Shown: positions 13,400 to 28,218 of the stretch, piece after piece
How positions within the stretch are numbered: position 1 is the first letter of the stretch
Layout of the letters: the number at the start of each line of letters is the position of its first letter
From: the human T2T-CHM13v2.0 reference genome, Homo sapiens
Assembly: GCF_009914755.1 (NCBI RefSeq)
Contig: NC_060931.1
Direction: 5' to 3' (one strand)
Length of the DNA stretch: 64,000 bases
The notes under the pieces: model-generated
What the model saw: the letters and a program-made list of their open reading frames with translations, nothing else
Told to the model about the DNA's origin: nothing
Database searches by the model: none
Translations under genes and position numbers: made by a program

Positions 13400-14960
13400 A
13401 CCTACAGACCATCTAGAAATTACATGTAAGTAATTTAGAAGGCTGTCATAAAGTAGGTTGTAGCACAAGATTTAAATAAATGGAAACTAATACCATATTT
13501 CTGAATGAGATGACTTAATATTGTAAAGGTTTTAATTTTTTGTAAATGTATCTATAATTGCAAAATAATTCCAATAAAACTCAAACAGAGTTTTGGAAAA
13601 ACATGAGGAGGCTATTTTAAAAATTTACGTAAAAGAGGCTGGGCATAATGGCTCATGCCTATAATCCCAGCACTTTGGGAGGGTGAGACAAAAGGATTGC
13701 TTAAGCCCAGGAGTTTGAGACCAGCCTCGGCAACAGAACAGGACCTTATATCTACAAAAATTTTAAAAAATCAGCTGGATGTGGTGGCAGATGCCTGTAG
13801 GCCTGTAGTCCTAGCTACTCGAGAGGTTGAAGCAGAAAGATTGCTTGATCCCAGGAGTTTGAGGTTGCATTGAGCTATGATCACACCACTGCATTCCAGC
13901 CCGAGTGACACAGTTAGGCCCTTTCTCTAAAACAAATACATAAAAAAGAATAAAAATTTATATAAAGAAGTAAAATTCTGTTGCTTACTAATAGTATCTT
14001 TAAAAGATAAAACAGAGAAGAGGCCTCATGCTACTAGACATTAATCCATGTAATCCATGTTAGAGAACATTATGATGGAAACAGTGCATTCCTTATATAT
14101 GAACAGAAAGATTCACTAACAGTCTTGTATACAAAGACACTGAGCATAGATTTAAGGAGGTCTCAAACTTTAGGGGAGAAAAGATGGATTATTTAGTAGA
14201 AGGCATTGCAAAAATGGCTCATTTTTGATGTGAAAAAAAATTGCCTCATTTTATATAAAAGGTAAATTTGATATGAAATAAAGACTTGAATATAAAAGGC
14301 AAAATATAAAAGCTAAGAAAAATATTAATAATAAAATATAAATTTAAATGCCTAAATATTCAAGTTTTTTCTTAAATAAAATGTATTAGAAACTTGGAGA
14401 AAATATTTGCAATGCTTAAAACAAAGAATTTACAAGAAACTCTGCAAATCAAAAGGAAACCTAAAAAACACAAGTGAAAATGGGCAAAAAGCATAAACAG
14501 GCAGTTCACAGCAAGGTTGAAAAGTTGCTCTATTACATTACTAACATATTAATTTATACAGAAACAATACCAAGATTCTATAAGACTGGAATTAGAACTC
14601 AGAAAAAATGCCAAGTATTTGCAAATATGTATGAAATGAAAACTCTTGTGCTTTGTGCACTGTTGTTAGAAGTTTAGACAGCTGCAGATGTCCAACAGTA
14701 TTTAGGGAAATTAAGCATGCTTGTTTTTTTTGTGAATATATCTTTGAACTAGTAATTTCACTCCTTATTGTGTACTCCTTATTACATATTTGCTAGTTCA
14801 TATTAGAATATTATTTTAAGAAGGGAGGAGTTATAGTTTACCCAGGTATTCAGCCCAAGACAATTGGATAATAAAACTAGGATGAGTGCACACCGTGGAG
14901 TAGCATGAAGCATTCAAAAGCAGAGAACATGAGATTCATATACCACCCTAGAATGACTGT
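13400..14960 (+). mobile_element. Highly decayed L1M ORF2 3' fragments (interrupted by AluJ)
   Basis: aagatttaaataaatggaaa...aatattgtaaag; gagaaaatatttgcaa; aaaatgggcaaa...acaggcagttcaca motifs of the L1 ORF2 3' region. Confidence 0.65.
13637..13950 (+). mobile_element. AluJ
   Basis: ggattgcttaagcccaggagttt, J-type; TSD aaaatttacgtaaaaga / aaaatttatataaaga; internal 8-bp duplication gcctgtag. Confidence 0.93.
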
Positions 14961-15191
14961 GAAACAGTTTGGAGTGGAAAAAGTCAGGCAGAAATTTTTC
15001 GCATAAGATCATTTATTTTAATGAAAATAGATACATATAAAAAAAAACTGTTAATGTTCCTTATGGATATATACTTATCCAAAGACACATGTTAAACAGA
15101 CTTGTGTAGCTGGAAAGAGAAAGAAAAATAGAGTGGCAATTATGGCTCAAAGAGTAAAAATAATAAATCATGAGATAAACCAAATGAACCT

Positions 15192-16206
15192 TTGTCTTGG
15201 TTATTATTATTGCTGTGAAACAAATCTTTCCAAAGTTTAATAACATAAAACAATAGCAAAGACTTGGAACCAACCCTAATGTCCATCAGTGATAGACTGG
15301 ATTAAGAAAGTGTGGCACATATACACCATGGAATACTATGCAGCCATAAAAAAGGATGAGTTCATGTCCTTTGTAGGAACATGGATGAAGCTGAAAATCA
15401 TCAGTCTGAGCAAACTGTCACAAGGACAGAAAATCAAACACCGCATGTTCTCACTCATAGGTGGGAATTGAACAATGAGAACATTTGGACATAAGGCAGG
15501 GAACATCACACACTGGGGCCTGTCATGGGGTGGGGGGACTGGGGAGGGATAGCATTAGGAGAAATACTTAATGTAAATGACGAGTTAATGGGTGCAGCAA
15601 ACCAACTTGGCACAGGTATACATATGTAACAAAACTGCATGTTGTGCACATGTACCCTAGAACTTAAAGTATAATAATAAAAAAATAGTATTTATCATAC
15701 TCATAGATCTATGAGTTAGGGCCTCAGAATGACTATGTCTGAGGCCTCTGCTTAGAAGATTCAGATGGCTGGGGACAAAAACACCTGGGGCTGTATGATC
15801 TACTTCCAAGATGATGTCTGCACTCACGTGTTTAAAACCTAAGTTGAGATCATTTAAAGACTGACCCAACTGGGACTGGTCAACAGAACACTTATACATG
15901 GCTTCTCTATGTGGCTGAGGCTTGTCACAGCCCAATGGCTTGGTTCTGAGGGGGCATCCTAAGAGGGTCCTTCATTGAATAGGTGTTCCAAGAAAACCAA
16001 GTAGAGGTTCCATGATTTTCAATAACCTACTCTCAGAAGTCAGTGTCAATGCTACCATACTCATTGGTTGAAGAAGTCACAACCTCACTGTACTATAAGA
16101 AGTGGAGATGCAGTCCCCACCTCTCAGTAGGAGGGGTGGCAAAAGAAGCATAATGAAGGACTGGAGATATTGTCAAGGTCATCTTTAGAAAATGTAACCT
16201 GTCACA
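15192..16206 (-). mobile_element. MLT1-family MaLR LTR interrupted by an L1 3' end
   Basis: tgtcttggttatt..ttgctgtgaaacaaat..ccaaagttta..taaaacaa, resuming tatttatcatactcatag after the L1; tctcagaagtca...cattggtt motifs. Confidence 0.7.
15250..15687 (+). mobile_element. 5'-truncated L1PA 3' end (ORF2 C-terminus, 3'UTR, A-tail)
   Basis: ORF 15289-15471 [25 protein letters not shown]...MFSLIGGN is the L1 ORF2p C-terminus; G-rich tract; gtaccctagaacttaaagtataataa; TSD about ataaaacaatag / ataaaaaaatag. Confidence 0.96.
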
Positions 16207-16523
16207 TTTGTCCACAAAAAGAAAGTGATAATGTCTCCTGAGCTGAGCAATATATTAATCACTCCACATCTCAGGTCTCCTCCACAACACCCCCCAACAC
16301 ATGAAAGGGAAGAAAAGATGTCTGATCTAAATGGCAGGTGGGTGTGATCAGTAAAAGCTTTAGCCCTTGAAGTTAAAGCTAAAATTTGTGTAGGAATTAG
16401 ATATAAAAAAGGGAAAAGTATTTCAAGTGTAGGAGGCAGCCTGTGTTAATGCACTGCAGCAGCAAGAAGCCAGGGTTATGGCGTACACTAGGGACTGAAA
16501 CATGGTCATTATGACTGGGGCAC

Positions 16524-16870
16524 TGTCTCAGTCTGTCCATGCTGAATTTACCCTGCTATAATAAAATACCTGACATTGAGTAATTGATAAATAATAAAGA
16601 TTTAATTCTCACAGTTCTGGAGAGAAAGTCCAAGACTAAACTGTTGGCATTCAGTGTCTGGTGAGGGCTTTTTTTGCATTCTCTGGATGGGAGGAACTCT
16701 GTGTCCTCACATAGCAGAAGTTCCTTCAGCCCTTTTGTAAGATTACTAATCTCACGAGAGCTCTGCCTTCATGACTTAATCACCTCCTAAATGCCTCACT
16801 TCTTAATACTATCACACTGTTATTTAAGTTTCAACATATGAATTTTGGGGGACACATTTAGATCAAAACA
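16524..16870 (-). mobile_element. MST(C/D)/MLT1A-type MaLR LTR
   Basis: ctcacagttctggag..aagtccaag...catgacttaatcacctcctaaa...gaattttgggggacacattt. Confidence 0.82.
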
Positions 16871-16997
16871 GGAACCGAGAGAGAGAGAGAATAGGGAGGT
16901 AGGTAGAGTCCAAATAATGTAGGTAACATAAAAAATGTTGCAGCTCATTTTAATGGGAAAAGGGAGCAATGGATTTTTTTTTTTTAATGACATGATT

Positions 16998-17355
<358 letters not shown>

Positions 17356-17628
17356 GCCACACACCCAGTGATCCATCCAAAAACAAGGACTGAAGCCTAA
17401 ATTCTAAATACCAGAGACTGAAATTTTCAGGCTTCCTAAGGGAACACCTCGTTTGAACCTTTGTCGTGTTTTGTACAGGGCATTCTCTGTACTAGTTTGT
17501 TGTGGTTATAAAACAATTAGTAGAATAGCCTACGTTTGTATTTATTTTCTGTTCCATACTTCTGCCCCACGTTGTTTTCTCTCAAAATCCATTCCTTTAA
17601 AAAATAAATCTGTTGCAGATGAAAAAAA
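17356..17628 (+). pseudogene. DYNLL1: DYNLL1 processed pseudogene: non-inverted 3'UTR segment with poly(A) signal and remnant tail
   Basis: gccacacacccagtgatccatccaaaaacaaggactg... matches the recalled DYNLL1 3'UTR; AATAAA 17603-17608; A7 at 17622-17628; TSD aatgacatgatt at 16986-16997 and 17638-17649. Confidence 0.92.
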
Positions 17629-17637
17629 TTTTTTTTA

Positions 17638-17880
17638 AATGACATGATTGAATGTATGTTTTGAAAACAATCCTATTTCTGTAGTGTGGCAAATAAATAG
17701 GAGGAAAGCCAGAGTCAATATAGGAAAACCCAAATTTAGACTAATAAAGCGATCTAAAGAAGAGATAAAGTTTGCTTGAAATAAATGAAAACAGTAGAAG
17801 TGGAAAGATGTATACTTATTCAGAGCAGGAATCGCAATGAAAATGCTAATGATTTGGATATGGTAGAGGAAGAAGTAAGA
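17638..17880. mobile_element. L2 fragment hosting the pseudogene (also about 16300-16520 and 16880-16997)
   Basis: tgacatgattgaatgtatgttttgaaaacaatc..ctgtagtgtgg resembles the L2 motif tgacatgatctgatttatgttttaaaaagatcactctggctg. Confidence 0.55.
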
Positions 17881-18429
17881 ATTATCCTAAACTGAGCAAT
17901 TGGATAGACCCAACATTTTCTGGGAGAGAGAAAGTTGGTTAGGGTTATGCTTATAAATTAAGGCTTGATCATGAATTTTGAACATAATATCTGTGCTCAG
18001 ATTAGAATTTTCATCTGAAGTAAAATTTTGGAGACTATTTTGCATGTTTAATTTGCTGTGAATATGGAAAAAATTATTTATGAAGATTGTAAAGTTCAAT
18101 CAAACAAATGTTTTCTAAAAATATTTGTTCAGAGTCCTTTTTAAAATCATTTATAAAATCATATTGAGAAACTGAAATGAACAAATATTATAAAATATTC
18201 TTTGAAAGAAGATGGAAGAATACGTATCTTTCAAGAAACCCAGCATGGTTTCTTTTAACCCCTATTTTAAGTTGTTTGAAAAGGCAATGGATCTGAGGTG
18301 AAAAACAGTACAGATACTTAGAATACAATTAAGGTACAGAGAATGATAAATTTGGGGTCACATTTTAACAAGCCAGCAAAACTGGGAGAGAGACTAATGT
18401 CATGTTGAAAACATTGAGCTAACTGATAT

Positions 18430-18635
18430 TAATTTCTATAGCTAATTTTATTGAATCTGTTTATGTGCTTAGCACTTTACATGTTTAACTAATATATTCA
18501 TAACAATCTGATGAATTAAGAAATAGTATTATTTTTACATCAAAGACCATGAAACAGACTCAGGAGAGTTATATTTCTTAAAAAAGATTACCTGCAAGTG
18601 CAAAAACTAGAATATAAATTTGTGTAGTTTCTATC
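18430..18635 (-). mobile_element. MIR fragment
   Basis: ttattgaat...tgtgcttagcactttacatg...tcataacaatctgatga...gaaacagactcaggagagtt. Confidence 0.65.
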
Positions 18636-21436
18636 CATCTCAAAGACAACACAAATCTCCATGAAAGGGAGACACAAAGATATTCATGAGAAACACTGCC
18701 TTGTATTTTACGTTGCTGTTCTATAAAATGAGATGTATACAATAAGATTTAATAAAATATAAAAACCTAGAAAACTGCAAAGTCTAATAACTTTGGATCA
18801 GACTTTAAAAATTAATCAAGTAGAATATTTCAGATGATTTTTCTCTATCTCATCTGGCATAAGGTGTGGAGGATTGGCAAACTGTGAATTATTTGGCTAT
18901 GACATGATGAGTAATATCTGAGTGAAAAATATCTAGACATGAGACCCTAGCATGTGCTTCCTAACCACTCTTTGGCAGAATTGAAGCTTCTCATCTGACT
19001 GCTAGCCAAGACTCTTAAGATTAGGTATGGCATCATTAGGTATTAAAATGCTTTTATAGCGTATTTCTTAGAAGGAATTTTTGGGAAGCCTTACATCTTA
19101 GCAAATGGGAACATAGATCTTTTAAGGTAGTGTCCAGAAATGAACTCAATGTAATTTTCCATGTTTTAACAGCTGCTATTCAAGGAGATCATATTTTTTT
19201 GCAAACAAATAGCACTTTATAATGTTTACAGGTAGATTTTTTGCCATATTTATTAAAAAGTAAAATCAAAATGCAAAATGATAGATATTAATTAGATGCA
19301 AAATAATGCATAGGTCCCACATGTATGAGTTGGTTTTGATGTCATGAAAGAAAGTACATTTAACTGCTTTGATTAACTGACATAACTAAGAAAAACTCAA
19401 CTTTATGACCGATTGGGAATCATCTTTGGTAGAAAGTTGGCCTATAATTACTTGTTTCTTATTTGTCTCTGGCTCTTTTTCTTTGGCTTTTACACTGCTG
19501 GTAGCATTTTTTAGCCTGCAGGGACATCAAGTTTTCAACATTCTACCAGTAAGGAGAAAAAATGCTCTTAAAGAGTCCTGATATTCAAAGGCTCTTATAT
19601 AGAGTCCTTGGGATACTTTATGAGGTCACTGGTCCATACAATTGAGCTTCTAGTGAGACTAATAATAGAATTATAAGTAAAAATTGAGTATGAATACACT
19701 TTCTTTTCTTGGCTCTGTCTTGTGAGATATATATTTGGTATCCCTTTCTCCTATGTGGTTTCTATGGAAAAATAAGGTCTGAGGTTTTATTATTATTATT
19801 TTATTATTTTCTTAATAATGTAAGCATTCACCTCTCCCCTGAATGATCAGCAAAAACCGAGTGGAGGCCAACGACAACACCAAAATTCCTAAGCTGGCTT
19901 AGAGATTCTCTACTTATTTCTATCTTACATGCTGTTATTCATCATTTATCAGTAGAATTTGTATGGTCTAGAAGAAAAGGATTATGGTATAATCCCAGGG
20001 AAAATACACAAAAAGCTACCACTGTGTCTGTCTCTCTCTAGTTAGCATCCTAAGGTAAAACTTCAAGAAAGGCCCTAAAGAATAATATGTAATTTGGCCC
20101 AGCTTACAAAGGTAGAAACCCAAGTATGATTTAGAATCAAGTGCTGGGTAGAAACAAATATTTGCCTTGAGCATTGTCTTCAATGAAGGCAAAAACAATT
20201 CGGATTTTCATACTTTTCGATAATAGAATAAGTCTAAGACAGTGAGTCCCATAAGATATTGGATTACAAATCTTAGAATCACATTCCATGAGTACATTTT
20301 CCTCCCTCAATAAAATTCCATCAATCTATATTAAACCATTAAGACTCAAATGGTTTTAAAAATTGGCAAGTAAATAAAAGAGTCATAGGGTTTTATTGGA
20401 CTTTAAGTCCACGCATTCCTTAAATTATACCATGGGCAAACATAAATTTACAATGTATCTGTCTTAACTTTGCCCCTATATTTTGTGAAGTGAAAACATT
20501 TCAATTTCAGGAGCTAAGCAATTACGGTGTCCAGTCACTTTGCAAATAAGTCTGCTTTGTCTGACCACCTGAATACACAAGTCCATCATTCTTAAAACGA
20601 AATCTTTGCCTCAACATTTCTTTTGTTGGCTTTATACTAGTTAGTTACTTTTTGTCAGCTCTTGTCTTGATAATCTCCTTTACTTTGGACACTTATTGCT
20701 TCCTCTAAGATTTGAATCTTACCCTGTCCTTATCAGTATTTCTTAAAACCTTAAAAATGTACCCTCAAAATCCTGTCGCATCACTGGAATCTTGATGCCT
20801 GCTGTTGGGCCCACTGACACTATTCACTTGTCTGGATCTTTGAAGCTTATTGGTCCTATGTCAATGTTCCCTACTCATCTGTTAAAATGCTCACTAGTTG
20901 TCTTTGGCTGAATTTTGCCTATTACTACCAGTTGCTATTCTATCCAAATTCAGATCCTATTTGTCCAGCTGGACTGGCTATGGTGTATGAAATCACGAAT
21001 CTTGGTTCAATGTTTAGTTCTGATACTGACCTAGCTGAATTTGTTAATGGTATTGAGCTTTATTTTCTTCACCTTCAATATGGGGACAGAGTTAAGCATC
21101 TATGATTTTATATCTAATTAATATAGAGAAAGGTGGTTATTGATATATAGAAATTATATAGATAAGTAGGTAACATTGATTCAACACTTACTGTATGAAT
21201 AAGCACTGTAACAAGCTCTTTATTGAAATGATAATAATCTAGGGATTACTATGATTTCCATCTAAGTGACTTGCTAAGATCTCAGACTTTCTTCTGAATC
21301 CAAGACATAATGACTATTATGACTTAGTTTATACTATTATTGTAAGAAATAGAGATAAAGCCCTTGGCATTGTCCCTGATATTTAAGCGGCAACTCCACC
21401 TGTCCTTGTGGCTGAGTTTAAAACAGACAGGAGTCC

Positions 21437-21808
21437 TGATATGGTTTGGCTGTGTCCCCACCCAAATCTCATCCTGAATTGTACTCCCATAATTCTCACA
21501 TATTGTGGGAAGGAACTGGTGGGAGATAACTGAATCATGGGGGCGGTTTTCCTCACACTGTTCTCCTGGTAGTGAATATGTCTCATGAGATCTGATGGTT
21601 TTATCAGGGGTTTCTGCTTTTGCATCTTCCTTATTCTCTCTGCTTGCTGCCATCCATGTAAGATGGAACTTGCCCCTCCTTGCCTTTCACCATAATTGTG
21701 AGGCTTCCCCAGACACATGGAACTGTAAGTCCAATTAAATCTCTTTCTATTGTAAATTGCCCAGTCTTGCATATGTCTTTATCAGCAGCATGAAAATGGA
21801 CTAATACA
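21437..21808 (+). mobile_element. THE1 (THE1B-like) solo LTR
   Basis: tgatatggtttggctgtgtccccacccaaatctcatc...aaaatggactaataca; perfect 5-bp TSD agtcc (21432-21436 / 21809-21813). Confidence 0.96.
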
Positions 21809-22444
21809 AGTCCTGTCATTCTCTGAGTGTGTAATATTCACGCCTAGTCTCTCTGGCCTAAGTTAACATACGTGCTGCAAAGCTATCACCAACTAATGTT
21901 GCTTCCCTTGTGCTGCAGCTGTAACTTCTTTACATTTTATTTATATCCCAGTTGATTACTTCCTATTTTGTACCCAATTATTTCTTTAACAAATCGTAAA
22001 GATATTTTTTGAAAATCCACTACAATATGTATATTGCAGACACAATTCTTTTTTGGATAATTGTTTTAACCAATAGTAAATTTTTTAACCTGAAGTAAAA
22101 CATAAAGTAACTGAACTAAAATTAATGTGAACTATAAGATAAATTAAATGAATTGACTGTATCTTGCCTGAGCTACGTGACTGTCTATAGAATACCTACT
22201 ACATGGAATGATGTTTGTTACTAACAATTAGTACATAGAAAGTTCTTAAATTGTTTTTGAAAGTCAATTTGTCTGAAGACCTTGGAACAAAATGACATAT
22301 AATTGACTGACCACCCTAGTTGGTGCTTTTGGAACTTAATTCTATCACTATTAGATATAGAGGAAGCAATTTGCTTAAATTCTTACTAAATAGAAATATT
22401 GGTACCGAAAACTGTAAAGCATCTGAGCATTTACCCTAAGTCAT

Positions 22445-22916
22445 TGTTGACAAGTTAGTTTCATGGATGCTGGCAAAAGGCATAAGACTCCTGGTCACAT
22501 ATTACTCATTGCACAGCAAATAGTATGAACTTTATGTTTGTTTTGGCTCCCACCACTCTGCATGTCCTACAGGGGTGACACAAATAGGTGTAGGTGGATG
22601 TCTCATAGGTAGTAGGTTGGTGTCACAGTTGAGAAATGCCAAGCTTAGAGAACCTGAGTCTTTTATAATGAATTGCAAACCTGACTGATCTTGGCCTTTG
22701 AAGGGGATGTTACCTTTATTATATTTGACAATACAATAAAAGAAAAGGGGGGAAACACTCTTGGCTCGAGAGAGAGACACTTTTTCTCCCTTCCAAGGGA
22801 GTATAAGGCTCTTCACAGTATAAATATCTTTGACAAGATAGTCCAGGATACAGGCTATCAGTGCTTCTTGCAAGATGTATAGAAATGCAAAAGATTCGTG
22901 TAGAATTGTTGACACA
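22445..22916 (-). mobile_element. LTR40-like ERVL solo LTR
   Basis: Reverse complement begins tgtgtcaacaattctacacgaatcttttgcatttctatacatcttgcaag...gcactgatagcc, resembling the LTR40 5' end. Confidence 0.65.
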
Positions 22917-23639
22917 TTCTTTGATTTGATTCTAAGTTATGCTTTAATTAGAATTCAACAGTTCTAGCTGGTAACATCAAAAGTGAAGAAATTGATTCAT
23001 CCTGGTTTTGGGGGCTCAACTCACATGGCTATTTCTCTGTATCCACAATAATATTTTATACTATTCTGAATAATTGATTCCAGAAAATATAATCATGCTT
23101 TGGTACTGTGAAGAGTCAATTTCATTTATAAAATAGTGGTGACGGTGCTACCAGATGAAGTCTGTGGCGATAACTACACCAGAATATTTCTGGTGATAGA
23201 TATACCAAAATAGATAGAGAAAGAATCTATAGAACAAGACAAAATTTCAGTTTTTGTAGTTTTCATCCTTCGCATTAGTTCATTCACTCAACCTATATGC
23301 CAATTCTATATTTAAGATATGGCCAGCATAATTGTATGTATGCTAGAAATATTGTGGTGAATAAAACAGAAAAAAAGTTTCCATATTTTGGAATTTAGAA
23401 CTTAGTGGCACAATCCATCTTTACCAGGTAAGTCATGACTATTTAAGAGAAACACAATGAGCAACTGCCTGGTAACTACCAATTAATGTTATATCCCCAT
23501 TACTATGCAATTAATAATTAAGAAAGTCAATATTACGACCTTTGACACCCAAAAAAGATGAAAAAGGTAGTTTTTTTTTCCTACGAACTGATTCTCTTTC
23601 CTATTTTATACTTTACTTTTCTTCATAGTTGCTAATAGC

Positions 23640-23835
23640 CTATGTGTGGGTGTTTATCTTGTAAGTAAAACTTATTTATTTGCAAATGTTTATTTTCTAC
23701 TATAATATAAGATGCACTAGAATATAAGAAATCAGGGATTTCTGTCTGTTTCATTCAGTGTTACATATAATATAAAAAGTTCTGACACAGAGTAAGTACT
23801 CAATAAATATTTGTTGACTAAATTAAATTGATGAA
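23640..23835 (+). mobile_element. L2 3'-end fragment (another, inverted, at about 23280-23410)
   Basis: ctagaatataag...gggatttctgtctgtttcattc...tgacacagagtaagtactcaataaatatttgttga. Confidence 0.75.
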
Positions 23836-26800
23836 TAAAATAGATTCCCAGGGAGCAAAGGGCTCCATAGATATTCCCAAAGGTAACTGGAGTTGAAGAA
23901 GAAAAGGTCTCCATTTGGTGTTAGATGTAGCATATCTTTGTATTAACAGAAAAAAAAAATCCTATGTGAAACTTTGTTGGAGGCTGGAATTAAAGTATAA
24001 TCGGGGTTGGAATTAAAGTATAATTCCTTTAATACTGAATATATATGAAAACAAGAAAGTATAGTTTATTACTTTTAATGGAAATATGTTTATACCCTCC
24101 ATTCTAATGTGGCCTGGTGAAAAATGGTTTCATATATAAAAGTGATCATGAAACTTCTTTTGAACAGAAAACAGATCTAAAATTCAGCCAGACATAAAGA
24201 AACAAGATATTTTCTTGAAATATGACTTGGGATGAAAAGACCAGGGCAATCTCTCCATATTTAGTTTTAAATCTCAATGGAAGGCAATTAATTTAAGGTG
24301 TATGAAAGGATAATTCTATAAACATGTTTAATGAAGACTTTCCTATGCCAAGGATGGTGATTATACCAATTGCAAATGATAGATTTATGTTTTTAGCTTT
24401 TCCCTCACATATGCCAGCTGGCCTGGAATAGAAGAATTTGAGTTAAAATACATTTCACTATTGTGCTAAAAATATCATTTTGACTTGAAACTTAGGCCTG
24501 AGATAATAGTCTTACTTGTAATGCGTACCTTTAGAGACAATATTTTAGACAGTTGCAAAATAGGACAAAAGAGATGACCCTTTAAACAACATATAATGAA
24601 TTCTTGACATTTCTGTAGTTTGGCTAAATCCAGTGTAAAAATGGTTTCAGGAAGTGAGATGTTTTATATAGTTTCATTTTATAAATAAGAATATGTGTGT
24701 TCTTTTAGTTTAAAGAGCCCCAAATGCAATGACTATCTTTCAGACTGCTTTTGCCTGAGGAGGAAAACAATTATCATCTTGTTTTATTTTTTGTTTCAAT
24801 AATTTTCAATTCAGAAAATCAAGTTTTAACAATTATGTTTATGCCTTGTGAATATCCTAAAGTGTTTTTTTAGAAAGCAGCTGTAATGAAGTAAAAAATA
24901 AGTATGAGGAACAAGCTAAAAAAGAATTTTATTCATAAGCAATAAAAATCTCTATGTGATGATTCTAAGAATTTTTCAAACTCAAGGGAAAAAGTGGCCC
25001 AAATCATTTCACAGGTGTCACAGTTTTCAGATTTAGAGATAAGATAGCATCATTTATTATCGAAGTATTACTAAATCAGTAAAAAAGACATTTTAAAATA
25101 TCTAAGCCCTCTATAAGTTGTAGACAATATTTATATTTCAATCTACAAAATAGTTAAGTATTAATATTTGGAAAGCACAGGAACCCATGACCTGACGGGA
25201 CTTCATTCTATAATTCTAATCGCTAAATTTAATTCATAAGATAAATAAGTTGTAATTCTAAGGTGGTTCAATTTATAAGTGAATGATGTAAAAGAATCAA
25301 TGCTGCTTTTACTAAGTTATACAAAAGAACTACTGACAGAGAAAAAATTCGTAAGCCAATATATTTCGCAACGTATTTTTAATCAAAGAAAGATTAAAAT
25401 ACCTAACAATAGCCTTTCAGACTAACCTTTTATTCATTAGTAGATTATACCATTAATCGACATCACAGTTTTCTTATTTTGTCTCTGATACTTCTAGAAT
25501 TTTTGTCTCTTATTAGTATTTAATATTTACTTGTGATTAAAAGAAATTCTTCAATTTGGTGAGACATTCACAAAAACACACACCTGTGGCTGGTCTTTTT
25601 AAGAGAATGCTGCTTGACTGAATCCATCTTCATCAGGTAAACTACGACTCTCCCAGAGAGCCACAACTAGCAACTGCCTAAAAACTACAACCACTCATTT
25701 GCCTTCATTCCTGTGTATATAATTTCTACCCTCTTACCAATGAATATAGTTCTCTTTTTAAATTTGGGATAATGCTGGGGAATGGGGATGGGATAGGGAA
25801 AAGAAAGAAGCATGGGCTTTGGAAAAATTTGACCCTGTAGCTACGTTCATGCCTAACAGAATTTTTAAAAAATGAAATAAAATAAAATAAGTCTTCAGAT
25901 GGTAGAAAACCCAAGAGCTGTCTTGCCACACAATGATCAGAATAAACACTAAGATTCTGGTAACTTCTTATAACACCTGTTTATAAATATCATTTAATCC
26001 TCATAGAGCTCTTTGAGGCAGATACTTTATCAGGACCTCTTTAAATATACAAGAGATTAATATAACTCAACTCTGTTTTATATATTTTAGCTAAAATATT
26101 CTGACTCAAGATCACGAAGTGCAGTGGTTTGCAGTTTGAGGAATAGTGACAAGGACGCTTCACCCACATACCATCAGAAGTCATGCTCAAATTGCATTTG
26201 GGCTACTTTAAACTACATACACCACAAGCCTGCTCAGAGTTTGACAGAGAGGCTACTCCATCTAATTATATATTATTTATATTAAATTTTCCCTTGCCCG
26301 AATTAGAAAAATTATTTTATACATTTATTATACAGTTGGAGTTTTTTTGTCACCACCAGAATTATTTTCTGGGATACCCTGACTTCCTGAATGATTTTTA
26401 AAATTTGCAAATATTACAGTTTATCTTATAAAATTCTAGATTTTCAAAAATGTATAATGTCATGTATTTACCATTACAGTATCATACAGAAGAATTTGAT
26501 CATCCTAAATCTCCCCATGCTTCACATTTTCATTCTTCTGTCCATGAACACCTGCAATCATTGATATTTTACAGCCTCTATAATTTTGCTTTTTGCAGAA
26601 TGTCATACAATTGAAATCACACAATATGTAGCCTTTTCAGACCAGCTTTCTTATCTTGGCATTATGCATTTGAGTTTCCTCCATATCTTTTCATCGCTTG
26701 ATAGCTCATTTTTTAAATCACTGAATCCATTGGATGATGTAACACAGTTTGTTTATCCTTTCACCTGTTTAAAACATTCTAGTTGTTTCCAATTTGATTG

Positions 26801-28218
26801 TGAGTATGAATAAAGCTAAACATTCCTCTGCATGTTTTTGTGTGATCATAGTTTTTAACTCAATTAGATAAATACCTAGGAGAGCTACATCATATGGTAA
26901 ACCTATTTTCCTTCTTTGTAAGAAACAGTCAAATTATCTTCCAAAATGGCTGCACAATTTCACATTCCTATCAGCAATAAGTAAGAGTTACTGTTCTTCC
27001 ACATTCTCATCAGCATTTGGTATTGTTAATGTTTTGAATCTCAGCCATTCTACCAAGTCTATAGTGGCATCTCATTACTGTTTTAGCTCAAAATTCCCTA
27101 ATTGCAAATGATATCAAGTATCTTTGCATATTCTTGTTGCAGTTTGCCTTATTTAGTGAGATGTTTACTGTAATCTTTTACCCATTTTTCAACTGCGATT
27201 TTTATTTATAGTATTCTATTCTATAAATTTCTCTCTAAGCACTGCTTTTACTTTATCCCACCAATTTTGTATTTTTATTCACTTTTAGTACAAAATACTT
27301 GTTAATTTCTCTTGAAACTTCTTTTTTGACCCATGTTTTACTAGAAGTATGTTGTCTAATCTCTGTTTTTAAAATTTTCAGCCCTATTTCTGTTATTGAC
27401 TTCTTGTTTAATTCCTTGTAGTCTGTGAAGATACATTCTATGAGTGTTATTCTTCAATTTTTCTGCCTGCTTTATCTGGCCATTACTGAAAGAGATGATT
27501 GAATTCTTCATCCGTAATAGTGAATTTGTCTATTTCTTCTTATACTTCTATCAGTTTTGCATCATATATTTTGGCACTGTGTTGTTAGGGGTATATACAG
27601 TAAATTTTGTTTTGTACTTTTGGAAAATTAACCTCTGTAACATTACGTAATGACTCTCTTTATTCTTGTCTATTTATTTGCTCTGTAGTTTATTTTGTCT
27701 GAAATTAATATAGCTACTCCAGCTTTCTTTCACTTAGAATTAGCATAATATATGTTTCCATTCCTTTACCATTAGCCTGTTTCTTTATATCTAAAGGGAA
27801 ATTTTGAAGACAATGCATAGATTTTTTTTTAAATATACTCTGATATTCACTGTTATTTAATTGGTACGTTTAGGCCACTCAAAAAGTGCTTATCAACCAC
27901 TTTTTAAAGTGCTTTTTTATATAGCTGAAATTATATCTACTGTATTTGTAACTATTTATTTTGTGCATTTTTCTTTGTCTTTTTCAGTTTTCACATTTTT
28001 CTAATTTTTCTGGTTTTATTTAGAATCTTACATTTTTCAATTTTGTCTCCCCTCAGTAAAATAAATTTTATTTCCTTAAAAAATGTTTTAGTGATTGCCC
28101 TAGATTTTGAAATGTACATTTTACAACTATCTGAATTCATTTTCAAGTAACCCTATACTTTTTTTGAGTAGTGTAAGTAACTTCTAACAGAGTAGTTAGT
28201 CCCAATTTCTCCCTACTG

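Noticed and set aside
15527-15548. G-quadruplex-like tract (and the C-rich counterpart near 54615-54640)
   Set aside because: Standard component of the L1 3'UTR.
23177-23195. 8-bp hairpin caccagaa-tat-ttctggtg (also the 14-bp palindrome gtattcatgaatac near 56019)
   Set aside because: Stems of 7-8 bp are expected several times by chance in 64 kb.
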